64,000 nucleotides of DNA from Isurus oxyrinchus (Eukaryota): contig JANJGN010000041.1 in the NCBI GenBank assembly GCA_026770705.1, positions 3,844,001 through 3,908,000 of the forward strand, given 5' to 3'. The position numbers and the translations under genes are program-made. The notes beneath the pieces were generated by a model. That model was given only the letters and a program-made list of their open reading frames with translations, was not told the DNA's origin and ran no database searches. This document shows positions 52,091 through 64,000 of the stretch, piece after piece. Position 1 is the first letter of the stretch. Each line of letters opens with the position of its first letter.

Positions 52091-53025
52091 TGTGGAAGCA
52101 AGATAAGCATGGAAGTCAGCTTGGGAGAAAAGTGGCTACATTGATTGAGCACAACTTGAAAGGACAAAACCTGTTCCTGTATCCTGAGCTGTGTTAATAT
52201 GATTGTGGCTGAAAGAACAATGGAGAAGTTGGTGATGTCATGGATGGCAGGAGAGTATAAAGCGCAAAAGGATGTTACTTAATGTATTGAATTGATGTCT
52301 ATTCCTAACCTTGGTGAGCTTTCTCCGCCTGGTTTACAATCTCTTGACCTACCAGATCTAAGCAAGCGACTCCTCCCTCCCTACTACCTCAAGGTAACAT
52401 TGAGCTGTCACAATGCCTGTCGCTCAACTGTGGGTTTGGGTTGGACATTTTTTTTTCCAGCTAGTGACCATCCTTCCGCTCCCTTTCTACATTAGCCGTC
52501 CCAGTAGAGGCTACCAATGCTCTGATATTTGCTTATGAGATCCCCCATATTGTGAGTTTGGACAGAGGGTATAGAATGCAGGGTTTTAGAATGAATCTAC
52601 GGAAAGCACGAATTTGATTGCGTCCTGGGCATTGTGTCCAACACTGGACACTGTACATTCAGAAAGATGTAAAAGTTTGGGAGGGAGTTTAAGCGATATT
52701 TACTAGAGTGGTTCCAGTAATGTAGGGTAACTGGTTAGACTGGAGAAGCTGAGTTGAAGAAATAATTGAAATACAAGAACGAAAGCTTTAAAATGGATTT
52801 TCTCTCCGACTGCAACTAACCTCTGACAAAGGATCTCAGGTGTTGTGAGCCACCTGGATAAACCTTTTGTATGAACCGATAGGGGACCTGGTGAGGATGG
52901 ATCAGGAATGGAATGTGTGATCAGAATTGCACGCAATGACTTTTGTCTTAAGAAAATGTAGACGAAATGAACATTAACAAAGTTCAACATGTTTCACGAG
53001 TTAATATCTGAATGGAAAGACTTAC

Positions 53026-53285
53026 CAGGGACACTATTTATAGCCAGGATGGGATCGTAGCAGGCTTAAATAACTAAAGGTATCCATATGATGCGCCAGT
53101 ATAATGTATACGATCATCTTCAGCAGAAAGTAAGTTAAATGCTGCAGTGAGGCTCCTGGTCATTGTTGTAACATTTCAATCTATTGTTGTCAGATTCAGG
53201 CCCATTGTTGGAATATTCCAATCTATTACTTTCAGATTGTGAACCATTGTAGTAACATTCCAAGCCATTGTCCTCAGATTGTTAT
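53026..53285 (-). pseudogene. GPR139-like GPCR pseudogene, exon 1, with 3 copies of the 14-aa repeat
   Basis: NNLRTMAWNVTT MVHNLKVIDWNIPT MGLNLTTID*NVTT MTRS ... VI*ACYDPILAINSVP G|gtaag (donor at 53025); two in-frame stops. Confidence 0.85.
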
Positions 53286-53579
53286 CTCTCCTTTCCTTCC
53301 TTCTGAAGTTGATGACCCCGGTTTGTGGCGGATGGAATGCTCGCAATGATAGTGTGGGAAAACGCTTTGAAAAGATCCAATTATAAATAGGAGTTGGCAA
53401 CCTTTTAGGGGCACAATTAAAATCCATAGAGCCTGATATTAATCACAGCCATTGAACGGACAGGTTCTGTCAACCCCTTTCATTCCAAAACTCTTGTGTC
53501 AGAACAGAGATTTACAAGGCGTGATGAGCGCCATAGCGCCATAGCGCCATAGCGTCATAGCGGAAACAATGTACATAAT

Positions 53580-55125
53580 CTTTGATTCTCCCTTTTACAT
53601 GGGAGTGACGCCGGAGGACTGGAAGCTTATAAATATTCCACCTTGATTTGACAAAACGACAAACTCTTTACCTGCAGCCAGGCTGTCGAATGAGGCCGGT
53701 GGTGCATTTTCTAGTAGCCATGATGGAGGGAAAAACATGTGACCATCCTAAAAAAAATGTATCGGTTCATGTAACTCAAGGGAAATGAGTATCTGAATAT
53801 GAAATAAAACATACCTGATGAATTATATCGAGGCCTCTTACGGTATATTAGAAATGGCTGATGATGACAGTCGGTTTCTTGTTACACAGATGGGTTTTCC
53901 AATGGCGTGTCATCAGGCACCATTAAATAGACATGTTATGGAAATGGAAATGCATGGGATATAGACGTAGTGGCAGAGTGGATGTGACATTGACCTAGAG
54001 ACGGGAAACGGAGAAAGGGTGATCAGGAATGTTTTATTCATTCACGGAGTGTCGTCTTCTCTGGCTGGGTCAACATAAATTGCCCATCCATAATTGCCCC
54101 TTGTGAAGACGGTGGAGAGCTGCCTTCTTGAACCGCTGATGACCATATGGTGTAGCTACACCCACAGTGCAGTTTGGAAGGGTGTTCCTGGTTTTGAAGT
54201 AGCGAAAGTGTTCGAACTGCACTGTGTGTACAAGTCAAGAGTGTGAATGCCTTGGAAGCGGACATCCAGGTTGTGGTGCTCCCATCTGTCAGCAGCCCTT
54301 GTCTTATAGAAGGTAGAGTTTGTGCACTTGGAAAGTGCCATTTAATTTGCCATGTCGAACTCCTGTAGTGCATCTTGTTCATGGTACGTACTGCTTCTAG
54401 AGTCTGCCGGTGGTTGAGGGAGTAGATGTTTGTGCATGGGGTGCCAATCAAGTGGACTGCTTTGACCTGGACGGTGTCGAGTTTCTTGAGTGTTGTGGGA
54501 GCTGTACTCATCCAGGCAAGTGGAGTGTATTCCATCACACTCCTGACTGATACCTTGGAGATGGTAGAGAGACTTTAGGGAACCAGTAGATAAGTTACTC
54601 ATTGCTGTATCCCTGTCCTCCCAGCTGCTTTGCTAGCCACAGTATTTACGTGGCTAATCCTGTTCAATTTCTGGTACATATTAACTGTGTGAGCAATCGC
54701 AGCTGGTTCACGCAGGACACAGGCAAATGGGTGAAACTAGCAGCTGCATGGCCGATGGAATCACAAATGAAATAATGGATGTCCGGTTGAAAACTAATTT
54801 TAAATACTTCTTCTAAGGAGGAACTTCACACTAATATTTTAAACCACGCTGGTTATGCCTCAGCTGCAGTATTCTGTCTAATTGTGGGCATGTTATTTTA
54901 CAAAGTAGGGCAGGGCCTTGGCGAGGCTGCAGATGAAGTTTCCGAGAATGGTAACAAGGATGAAGGATTCCAGCCAGGTTGGGGGGTGGGGGGGGGGGGG
55001 GGGGGGGGAGGTGTGTGTTGGAAAAACTGGGATTGTTATCCTTCAAAAAAATGACAGTGAAGGAGAAATTTAAAAATTTGCTTTTGAGTCGTGATTGGCT
55101 TTCATAGAGTGAGAAATGATAAACC
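53580..55125 (+). mobile_element. CR1 RT/3' remnant interrupted by a nested second-family LINE
   Basis: ccggaggactggaag (PEDWK) at 53611; CR1 3' coding sequence resumes at about 54840-55120 (ggaaaaactgggattgttatcctt). Confidence 0.55.
54035..54680 (-). mobile_element. CR1-clade LINE 3' end (second family), nested insertion
   Basis: ORF 54038..54538 reads MEYTPLAWMSTAPTTLKKLDTVQVKAVHLIG; the tail ends ...gtgaatgaataaaa. Confidence 0.8.
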
Positions 55126-55329
55126 AGCTCCAGTTGAATATCGGTCAGAAACCATTTGCCCGAAAGAGTGCAGCCCAAGCAACACACAGAAAGCTCGAGC
55201 CCATTCAGAACAAAGCTGCCAGGTTGATTAGCACCCGATCCAGTAACATTCACTCCCTCCATCTCCGATACACACTCGTAGCTGTTTTCAAGGAAAATGG
55301 GAAGAATCAGTGAATTAACAAATTGGACA

Positions 55330-56420
55330 GTTTGTGTTTGTGCACATAACCTCTTGTATGTCGTTTTTGTGTATGTTTGCACATAACCACTCGTTTATTG
55401 TTGTGTGTATGTGTGTACCTAAAATCTTGTTTCTTTTTGTGTTTATGTATGTCCATAACCTAATATATGCAGTTTGTGTGTATATTCGTACATAACCACT
55501 TGTTTATTGTTTGTGTTTATACATATTTACTGTTTATGTGTATACATGTACATCAACAGCTGCTTATTGTTTGTGTGCGTGTGTGTACGTAAGCACTTGT
55601 TATCATTTGTGCGTATGTGTTTGACTTGTTTGCTATTTGTGTGTTGCATGTCCAAAACAACTTGTTTATTGTCCGTTTGATGTGTGTACATAAATACATG
55701 TTTACTGTTTGCTGTTGCTGTGTGCGTACATAACCTATTTCTACATTTTGAATAATGCATGAACATGACCACATGTTTATGTGTGTGAATGTGTGTACAT
55801 AACTCGCTTACTTTAGTGCATAACCAACTGTTAATAGTTACTGTTTAAGCGTGTACATAATAACTTATTTAAGTTTGTTTGTATGTGTGAATAACCACTT
55901 ATTTATTGATTGTGTTCATTTGAGTACATAACCACTTTGCTATTGTGTGCGTGTGCACGCACATAACCAGCTAGATATTGTATGTCAGCATGTGTCTACA
56001 TAACCATTTGTTTATTTATTGTGTGCATATATGTACATAACAGGTTGTTTGCCGTTTGTGGATGTGTGTGTGCCTAACTACGTGTTTGCTGTCTGTGCGC
56101 ATGCATACGTAATCACATGGCTATTGTTTGTGTTTATGTGTGTACATGAACACTAGTATACTCTTTATGTGTATGTGTGTTCATTGCCACCAGTTAATTG
56201 TTTGTGTGAATGTCTGTTACATTGCCAACTGTTTATTTTTTGTATGTGTGCTGTGAAGAACCAATTGTTTATTGTTTCTGTGTATGTGTGTTTATAACCA
56301 CTTATTTATTTTATGTTAATGCGTACCTAAACACTTGGTCATTGTTTCTGTGTATTTGTGCATGCAAAAACATTTATTTATTGTTTGTTTGTAAGTGTGC
56401 ACATGGCATTTGTTTTTTCA
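55330..56420. repeat. TG-rich ~36-37-bp minisatellite (TGTGTGTATGTGTGTACATAACCACTTGTTTATTGTT-like)
   Basis: acataacc-like cores at 55344, 55381, 55417, 55453, 55490 and onward. Confidence 0.85.
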
Positions 56421-56479
56421 TTGATCCTGGTGTTATGGTGACAATTTTACATGTCAATTATTAGCTCAATGCCGGATGG

Positions 56480-57320
56480 CGTCGAGATTTCCCTTCATAT
56501 GAACATGGACTGCTTCAGTTCCTGTGATGTTGCCAATGTGCTCAACATGGTGCAATCATCAGCGAGCATCCTCCCTTCTGACCTTATGATGGACGGAAGA
56601 TTACTGATGAAACAGGCGAAGATGGTCTAGCCAAGGACACTGCCCTGAGGAACTCCTGCAGTGATGTCCTGGAACTGAAATTATTGACCACGAACAACCA
56701 CAACCATCTTTCCTTGGGCTGGTATGTCTCCAAACAGCAGAGAATTTTCCCTCTGATTCCCATTCACTTCAGTTTTGCTCGGCCTCTGTGATGCAACACT
56801 CGGTCGAATGCTGCCTTTATGTCCAGGGCAGCCATTCCCTCTTCACCTCGGGAGGTCATCCTTTTTATCGATGATTGAATTAAGTTAGTAGTGAGGTCAG
56901 GAGCTGAATGAAACTGGCGAAATACAAACCTGGCAATAATCTACAGGTTATTGCTAAGCAAGTGCCAAATAATAGTGCTGTTGATGATCCCTTCAATTAC
57001 TTTAATATTGTAGGTTGAGGGGGCGATAATTGGCTGTTTTGGACTTGTCCTGTTTCTTGTGTACAGGACATACCTGCACAATTTTCCACATTATTCTTTA
57101 GGTGCCAGTGTTGTAGCTGTAATGGAGCAGCTTGGCTGAGGCGCAGGAAGGCCTGAAGGACAAGTCTTCAGTACTTTTGCCGGAACTTTGTCAGGTTCCA
57201 GTGCCTTTGCAGTATCCAATGACTTCAGCCGTTCCAGTGACATCATGGGGAGTGCATCGAATTGGACATAGCGGTGGCGGGGCCAGTTTATCCCTTGTCA
57301 GAGAGGAAGACGAGGCAGGG
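56480..57320 (-). mobile_element. CR1-clade LINE RT fragment (second family)
   Basis: catcagcgagcat (FADD/LADD), tgaggaactcctgcagtgatgtcc (GVPQG), gaatgctgcctttatgtccag (LDIKAAFD). Confidence 0.75.
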
Positions 57321-58261
57321 TCTGTTGCTTCATTGTCAGAGAGGGGGCGGGGAATTTTTTCTCCATTGGCAGAGCGAGGCCGTGGCCTGTTGCTTGATTG
57401 CCAGAGCAGTGGCGGGGTCTATTGATTCATTTTCAGGTCGGCACCCACAGGTGCCTTTAGGATGTCATAACATGGGCCCATCGCTCGGGTGATGGCTATG
57501 GAGAGATTTTTTATCTTTTGTAGGAGAGTTTAGAAGGCCCTCTCGACCACCTGGGTCACAAGTGGCCCCTCCAAATGGAAACAGGAAAGCTGTACAAAAA
57601 GAAAAGGAGCAGTCAGGGGCTGATATCAAAGGGACATGGGGAGACTGGTGATATCCCAGGTATCCGCAGGTAGGGGTGATATTCCAACAACAACAGATGG
57701 GAGGGGATACATATCCACCGGTGAGAAGGGATATATGCCTGCTACACTGTACGTGGGGGGTAATGTCCAGTACACCATTGTACAGGGTGAGATCGAACAG
57801 GTACAAGCATTGTTAGAGATTGACTGGATAGAGCAGAGTAGGGGGTGAACTACAAGGCATTCTAGGAGAGGCGGATAATGCAGATGCATCTTGGAAAGGG
57901 AGAGAAATGCCAGCAGCAGTGAGGGAAAGGTGTGATATGCAAGGTGCACGAAGGGAGTCATTTACTGCATACACTGGGTGGTGTGGAGGCAGGCAGGACG
58001 AGTGCGGGGTTGGCGGGTTCTATTTATTTATTAGACTGTGGACGGGAGGATTAGTCAGCAAGTAAGCTGAGGCAGGGTAAATATATCTGCTACAGCGGGG
58101 CAGGAGTTCAAATATGGTGTGAACTGCGGAGGGGATTGTTATACGTGCTACACTCGGGAAATAGGAAGCTTTACCAGGTACACCATGGATTAAGCGGGGG
58201 AATATGCATGTTTTCAGGGATGTGGATATTTATGCGTTTGTTGGTGGAAGAAAAAGTTATA

Positions 58262-58400
58262 AGGACCTGTGCTAGTTTGAAGCTCTGTATTTGTATCAAA
58301 TGTTGAAATAGTTTCAGTGTCTGATTCAGGCTCAGGATCTGTGTTGGTGTCAGAGTCTAAATTAGGAACAGAACCTGTTTCAGTTTCAGGTTCTGAATTA
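58262..58400. repeat. Short degenerate block related to the 18-bp repeat (minus frame SEPETETGSVPNLDSDTNTDPEPESDTET)
   Basis: ORF 58214..58420 on the minus strand; gtttcag periodicity. Confidence 0.5.
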
Positions 58401-58504
58401 ATTACACGCCTGCAGTTCATATTGGGGTTTATACAGGATTACGCCCATTTGCTTGTGCTATTCAATGGCTGTATTAGAAACATGGTCAGTAATAGATTCA
58501 GTGA

Positions 58505-59200
58505 CTGAGGGAGGCAAAGATCGTGTGAGAGAGATAAACAGATTAAGGCAAGGCTACCGTGTGTGTTTGAGACAGAGACAGAGATTGATTGAGACATACA
58601 TAATGTGTGTGAGTGAGATAGAAATATGGATCGTGTGTGTGTGAGACCAGGAGAGAGATTCAGAGAGGTGTGGTGAATAGATGGAGACAGGGATACAGAA
58701 AGCGAAATAGAGTCAGAGAGGTGGATGAAGCTTGAGAAATCAAAAAGACACAGTGAGACAGCACAGGAAAGAAATCAAGATTAAAAATGCAGGCAGAGGA
58801 AACGTGTTGATAAGAATGAGTGAGAGAGAGAGGAAAATCACAGTGTGGGACAGAGACAGACAGAGGAGTGACAGAAATCAGAAAAAACAGTGATAGAGGG
58901 AACAAAAGAGTGATACAAAGGAGAAGAAGATAGCTAAGGACAGACAGGGAGAAAAATAAAAATAAACTGACAGCTAAAAGCAGAGACAACAACCGAGAGT
59001 AAGAGAAAGACTGAGAGAGGGACAGACAGACGGACAGGCAGGGAATAATGTATTGAGCGATAGAGAGGGAGATTAACAAACCCAGAGAGTAATGGCGATA
59101 TAGCAGACGATCAGAAAGACAGAGGAAGAAAGAGCTGGGAGAGAAGTGGAGCTTAAAATTGGAAGCGAAGCAGGGCTAGACAGAGGCAGAGAAAGAGAAA
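58505..59200. repeat. GA-rich low-complexity tract
   Basis: Degenerate (GA)n/(GACA)n. Confidence 0.8.
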
Positions 59201-59489
59201 GGGTGTTATCAGCTTGAGACAATTCACTTGCGGCTCGGTTAATTCTGCTCTTGATTCAGCACCATGCAAGGAAGATCAGCCTCAGGCACGAATAAACTGT
59301 GCAATACAACAGTCATCATGACATAAAGTCCCTGGTCTTATTAAGGGCCCTAGCTTCCGATGGCTTCGATTAGCACAGATTCATAGAGTCATACAGCAGC
59401 AGAAGAGGCAACCTGGCCATCGTTTCTGTACTATTTCAATATTCTCTGCGTGTATTTATTATTTTCCTAGGCCCCTGCAGGTCTCAGCG

Positions 59490-60750
59490 TTTAATATTAG
59501 CTTTCAGGTCTTCTGTTTCTTTCAGTGATTTTAGGAGTTTAGGAGCCCATATTTTTCCTCGGGCAATTGTAATTTCAGGGGTCAAAACTATTTTCAGAGC
59601 GGTAATAAATTCAGGTGCTGTCTTATGTTCAGAGGCCATCTCAGTTTCACCATCAATCACAGTCTCAGGTGCGGCATTAGTTTCAAAGCCACTGTTGCAC
59701 TCGATGTATTACTCCTATTTCGTGTCTGCATTACTTTCAGATTCTCTATTAGTTCTAGGTCCAGAATTAGTTTCAGGGCCTCTATGAGACTCAAAGCCTG
59801 TAACAAAATCTGGGCTTGTATTAATTTCAGGGCCTCTAAGAGTTACAGAGCCTGTAATAGTACCTGGACCTGTATGAGTTTCAGAGCCTGTAATATTATC
59901 TGGACCTGTATGAGTTTCAGAGCCTGTAATATTATCTCGGCCTGTACTACTTTTGGGGCCTGTATGAGTTTCAGAGCCTGTAATAGTATCTGCGCGTTAA
60001 TGAGTTTCAGTGCCTGTATGAGTATCAGAACGTGAAATAGTTCCTGAGCCTCTATTTGTTTCAGGGCTGCATGAGTTTCAGAGCCTCTAATATAATCTGG
60101 GCCTGCATTAATGACAAAGCCTCTATGAGTTTCAGAACATGTAATAGTTTCTCGGCCTGCATGATTTTCAGAGCTTGACATAGTTTTAGGATCTTTATTA
60201 GTTTCAGGATCTGCTTTATTTTCATGGTTTCTGAAAGTTTCAGGGACTGTAATAGTTTCAGGATCTGTATTTTTTCCAGGGCCTGTATTAGTTTCAGGTT
60301 TTATGTTAGCTTCAGGATCTGAATTAGTTTCAGGGTCTGTTTTCAGTTCAGGGCCTCTCTGAGTTCCAGCTTCTGCATTAGTTTCAGTGTCTGCTTTAGG
60401 ATCAAGGCCAGAATTCGTTTCATGGTGTGTATTACCTTCGAGGTCTCTATTACTGTCATGGTTTTTATTAGTTCCTGGTTCTGTATTAGCTTCAGGGCCT
60501 GAATGAGATTTGGAACCTGTCGTAGAATTAGGGACTTTTATGGTTTCAAAAAATGGTACTGGCACTCTGGTCCTATATTATTATATTTTGTCTGCATCTG
60601 TTTCAGGGACTTTGTTAGGTTCGGGTCCTATATGAGTTTGAGAGCGTACGTGAGGTTCAGATCCTGTAACAATACGCGGGACAGTATTAGCTTCAAGGCC
60701 ATATGAGTTTCAGAGCCATTAATAATTTCTGGATGTGTATTAGACTTAGG
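59490..60750. repeat. 18-bp tandem repeat (TGTATTAGTTTCAGGGCC consensus), about 70 diverged units
   Basis: Direct periodicity. Minus frames read GPETNT or ALKLIQ; plus frames read CISFRA or VLVSGP. Confidence 0.9.
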
Positions 60751-60879
60751 GAAAAAAATTAATCGGTGAGTGTGTTATTTTGCGCCCTTGCATCCATTAG
60801 CGCACAGTTAGGTCAGCATCTGTCTCAATGAACCTTCCCCAACAACTGGAAACATGACATACGGACAAAATGGCCTCTG

Positions 60880-61830
60880 TTGGCACACACTTATAGAATC
60901 AGACAGTTTAGCAGGAGGTCATTTTTCCCATCGTTCCTATTAACACTCTTTGCAAGAATTATATAATCAAATTCATCTCTCTCCGACACCACCAAGACCC
61001 TTCCATTACCTGAGCAAATATCCACTGTCTGACCACAGGCAATTATATGGTGAAAGTCACTGATATATCTCACTCTGCCAGGCTTTCAGGCAGCGTATTC
61101 CAGATTTATCGGCCCCTCTCCGTTTCTTTGTCAATCACTTTAAAACATTGTCTGCTGGTTACTGACCCATATTCCAGGATCACCAGTTTATCGTTATTTG
61201 CTCCATAATATCTCATCAAGATTTCAAGTGTCTCTATTAATCCCCCAATTTTCCTGATCTGCTTTAAGGAAAACAGTTCCAACTTATCTAGTCTCTCCAT
61301 GCAATTCAAATCCCTTTTCGGTCTTCCAATTCCAGTAATATTCTTCTACCCCCGGTCCAAGTCCCTAGCATCCTTTCTGAAATGTCCTCCCCAGAATTAG
61401 AAATAATACTGCAGCTAACGCTTCACCAAGACTTATAGTTAGAACATTTTGGCTCTGACTTTCTTACTTTTTCTAAACTCTGTTTCGATTTATCAATAAA
61501 TAATATACTGTAATTTTAATACTCTAAAAGGATTGCACTATCACATACAACTACTTGGTTATGCAATCCTAATCTATTTATTGAACAGCTCCCAAATTTG
61601 CCCGGTTTTAAACTTTGCACAACTCTCTTTGTACTTTTCCTTACCACAAACACAATTGTACATCTCAGCCAGACCGCGTGAATGTACCACTTTCGTGCAG
61701 TGCAAGAAAAACTGGATTGAAATGGTTAACTGAATCTGTTTGTTCAGTGGCTGGAATTAATGGCAGTCTCCATGGATCCTAATTACCTCACTGGGTGCCT
61801 CCCACTGCTGTTAAAAATGGCTTTGCTTCC
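60880..61830 (-). mobile_element. CR1 LINE 3' end
   Basis: ORF 61106..61309 reads ERLDKLELFSLKQIRKIGGLIETLEI. Confidence 0.75.
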
Positions 61831-61907
61831 ATCTGTTACATCATCATGTTAGCAGGAGAATCAGCTCTGCCACTAATATGCAATTGCAGCTTCAAAAGGA
61901 GGATAGA

Positions 61908-62159
61908 CTATAACAGAATCGCAGGACAATAGATTGGAATCTTACAATAGTGGATCAGAACCCGAGAGCAATAGATTGGAATGTTCCAACGTTGGATAAT
62001 AATTTGAGAACAACAGATTGGAATGCTGCAACAATGGATCAGAACATGAGAAGAAGACATTGGAATGTTACAACAATGGATCAGAATCTGAGAACAATAG
62101 ATTTCAGTGTTGCAGCAATGGATCAGAACCTGAGAACAATGGATTGGAATATTGGAACA
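61908..62159 (+). repeat. Six 42-bp units, consensus ATGGATCAGAATCTGAGAACAATAGATTGGAATGTTACAACA (MDQNLRTIDWNVTT)
   Basis: Units start at 61908, 61950, 61992, 62034, 62076 and 62118, with no indels. Confidence 0.92.
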
Positions 62160-62298
62160 ATGAACAGGAGTGTCAGCGATGCACTTTACATGCTGTCTGT
62201 AGAAAAAGATTGGTTGGATTTGAATGAAAGGTTCTATTTTGTCATTTTGACTATTCAAGCTGGTTATTATCCCATACTCGCCACTTTTGGTGTACCTG
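62034..62298 (+). CDS. Coding exon 1 of another GPR139-like GPCR; exon 2 not seen in the window
   Basis: First in-frame ATG at 62034 (acaATGG); the frame is open from 61914 and ends TIQAGYYPILATFGVP G|GTAAG, same phase and position as exon 1 at 1013-1082. Functionality cannot be confirmed without exon 2. Confidence 0.75.
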
Positions 62299-62839
62299 GT
62301 AAGTTTCAATACCAAACTATTAATTTTCTATCAACAATTTAACAATATTAATTTTCTTGATTTATCTAATTTGCGATCACCAAATCCATTGTCTTCAGTT
62401 CCGGTCACTTTTTATGCTCCCTATCCATTGACTCCGTAATGCCTCCCTGGCTAATATTCTAGGCTGTGCCAGTCTATTGTCCAGCCTCTGATACCTTTTT
62501 GATTTTTAGTTGGTTTTCTTCCCCAATTTTCTAACCATTAGTAATCCTGCGATTTCACTATCTCCACTTCTGCATCTGCCCGTTTGCTGCCAAAAGGATG
62601 GAATTCATAACCTCATTGTGATCTTCCATTGCAGCACTGAAACGTTAGATGCCTGATGCCTGTGCTCGCAGTTGAAGCGGATACAATGGCCAGCAGACCC
62701 TATATCACGGAAGGGTCCATTAGCGTTCTCTCTATACTCTTTCACCCCGTTTATAATTCTACCATTTATACTGTTTTGTCTCTCCTCATTCCTCCTCCTA
62801 AAACATATTCCTGCACACATCTGCCATGCCAATTAATGA

Positions 62840-63690
62840 CGGTACAGACTAAAGTCATTATTTCCTGTCTGCGCATCAACCTTTCTTTTTTACCAAACCT
62901 CCATTTCATTCCTCTCCTCACCATCTGTCTGAGATTGCAACAATGCATTCACAGCCCTGGCCTCACATGTCAGCCTGAATTGCACTTCTTAACCACATCT
63001 TCAAGCAATCACTCATGCTCCCGATTTCCACCTGCATTTCATCGCCCTCAAATGCCTATGCCTCCGCTCACCTGTGGCTTTTTTTACCTCACAGGCACAA
63101 TAATACTGACACACTCAGAGCAGGTCTCCCACAATCTACCCTCCAGAAACACAGGGCCATCTGGAATGCTGCAGTTCTTGTCTAAACTCGCACCATGTAA
63201 CGATCGCCAATCACATCTGTGTCACTTAACTGCATTGGCTCCATGTCAATCAATGACTTGATTTTAAATTCTCATCCCTTTACGACCATGCGCATTCTGT
63301 TCATGACCCCGACTCCCTGCAACCAACCGCCCGCCCCCACCAACGCCATTGCTGTAGTATAATGTAACCTAAAAAACCTCCAGAATATTTGCACACATTT
63401 AATTATATTCTCCTGATGATCCCCAATTTTAATCATTGCATCATTGGTGGTCGGATCTGCATTGCCCAAGAGTCGAAGCTCTGGAATTCCATCTTTAAAC
63501 TCCTCAAAATCCCTATCTCTCTTTGCTCCAGCACAACACACATTAAACCTCAATCTCTGATCAAACTTTTGGTCATCTGAGCTAAGATCTCCCTATCCAT
63601 CTCTGTGTCATGCTTTGATTTATATTGCTGCTGTGAAGCTCCTCCAGATGGGTTGATTACATTGACGACATTATGTTAATATAGGCTGAT
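62840..63690 (+). mobile_element. L2 LINE 3' fragment
   Basis: TKVII...IPLLTICLRLQQCIHSPGLTCQPELHF (L2 RT C-terminus-like), gcattggctcc...gattttaaattctc, tail gctgtgaagc at about 63630. Confidence 0.6.
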
Positions 63691-64000
63691 GCGGATCTAA
63701 TGCTCCAGGCACCAGACTATACCTGTGGCAATTGATTTCATCGTACTGGTCGATCACCCTTCATCGTGGACCGTTATGGTTCTGTTAGGAGAGCTCCTAC
63801 ATCTGAGTCAGAAGCTCGGGCTGATTGAGCCAATCGCGCATTATTGGTTTCCGAATAACACAGCCACTAATGCTGGCAAGGCTGCGGGTCCATATCCATC
63901 GCAGAGACCGTGATAAGGAGTGGAGCACAGGCAGGAGGATAATCCACCTGAAAGGCAAATAGCCATATACAATAACGATGTTTGTTATTAAGGGCAATAA

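Noticed and set aside
53527-53562. (AGCGCCAT)x4 short tandem repeat about 250 bp upstream of the pseudogene exon 1
   Set aside because: Consistent with simple slippage; no support for a function.
54831-55382. 183-aa ORF with poly-Pro and a G run (54981-55008)
   Set aside because: Antisense of LINE fragments plus a homopolymer whose length is error-prone.
62656-63261. 201-aa ORF as a possible exon 2 of the 62-kb receptor
   Set aside because: No GPCR motifs; it resembles an L2 RT C-terminus.

Overview
Vertebrate nuclear DNA, most likely from a cartilaginous fish (inferred from SacSINE1-like DeuSINEs, CR1/L2 LINE tails and the receptor family). The window is repeat-rich and carries a cluster of at least four related two-exon class A GPCR loci of the GPR139/GPR142-like type, sharing a phase-1 intron right after the TM1 motif YYPILAxxGVP. 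These are one intact gene (1013-1082 + 8974-9911, 335 aa), one two-exon pseudogene (minus, about 51.2-53.3 kb), one orphan decayed exon 1 (minus, about 24.3-24.6 kb) and one open exon 1 at 62 kb whose second exon is not seen in the window. Three of the four first exons carry a variable-number 42-bp (14-aa) repeat whose consensus begins with an ATG in a strong Kozak context. Other large structures are a decayed ~9.5-kb tandem array of ~2.1-kb units each with a tRNA-Asp(GTC) pseudogene, a ~3-kb 56-bp satellite with higher-order structure, a Penelope-like retroelement with an inverted pseudo-LTR and hammerhead-ribozyme cores, an hAT transposase fossil, an 18-bp repeat with a long open frame, and many CR1, L2 and DeuSINE remnants. 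All family calls come from motif recognition by eye; no searches were run. Repeat boundaries are approximate (about +/-50 bp).
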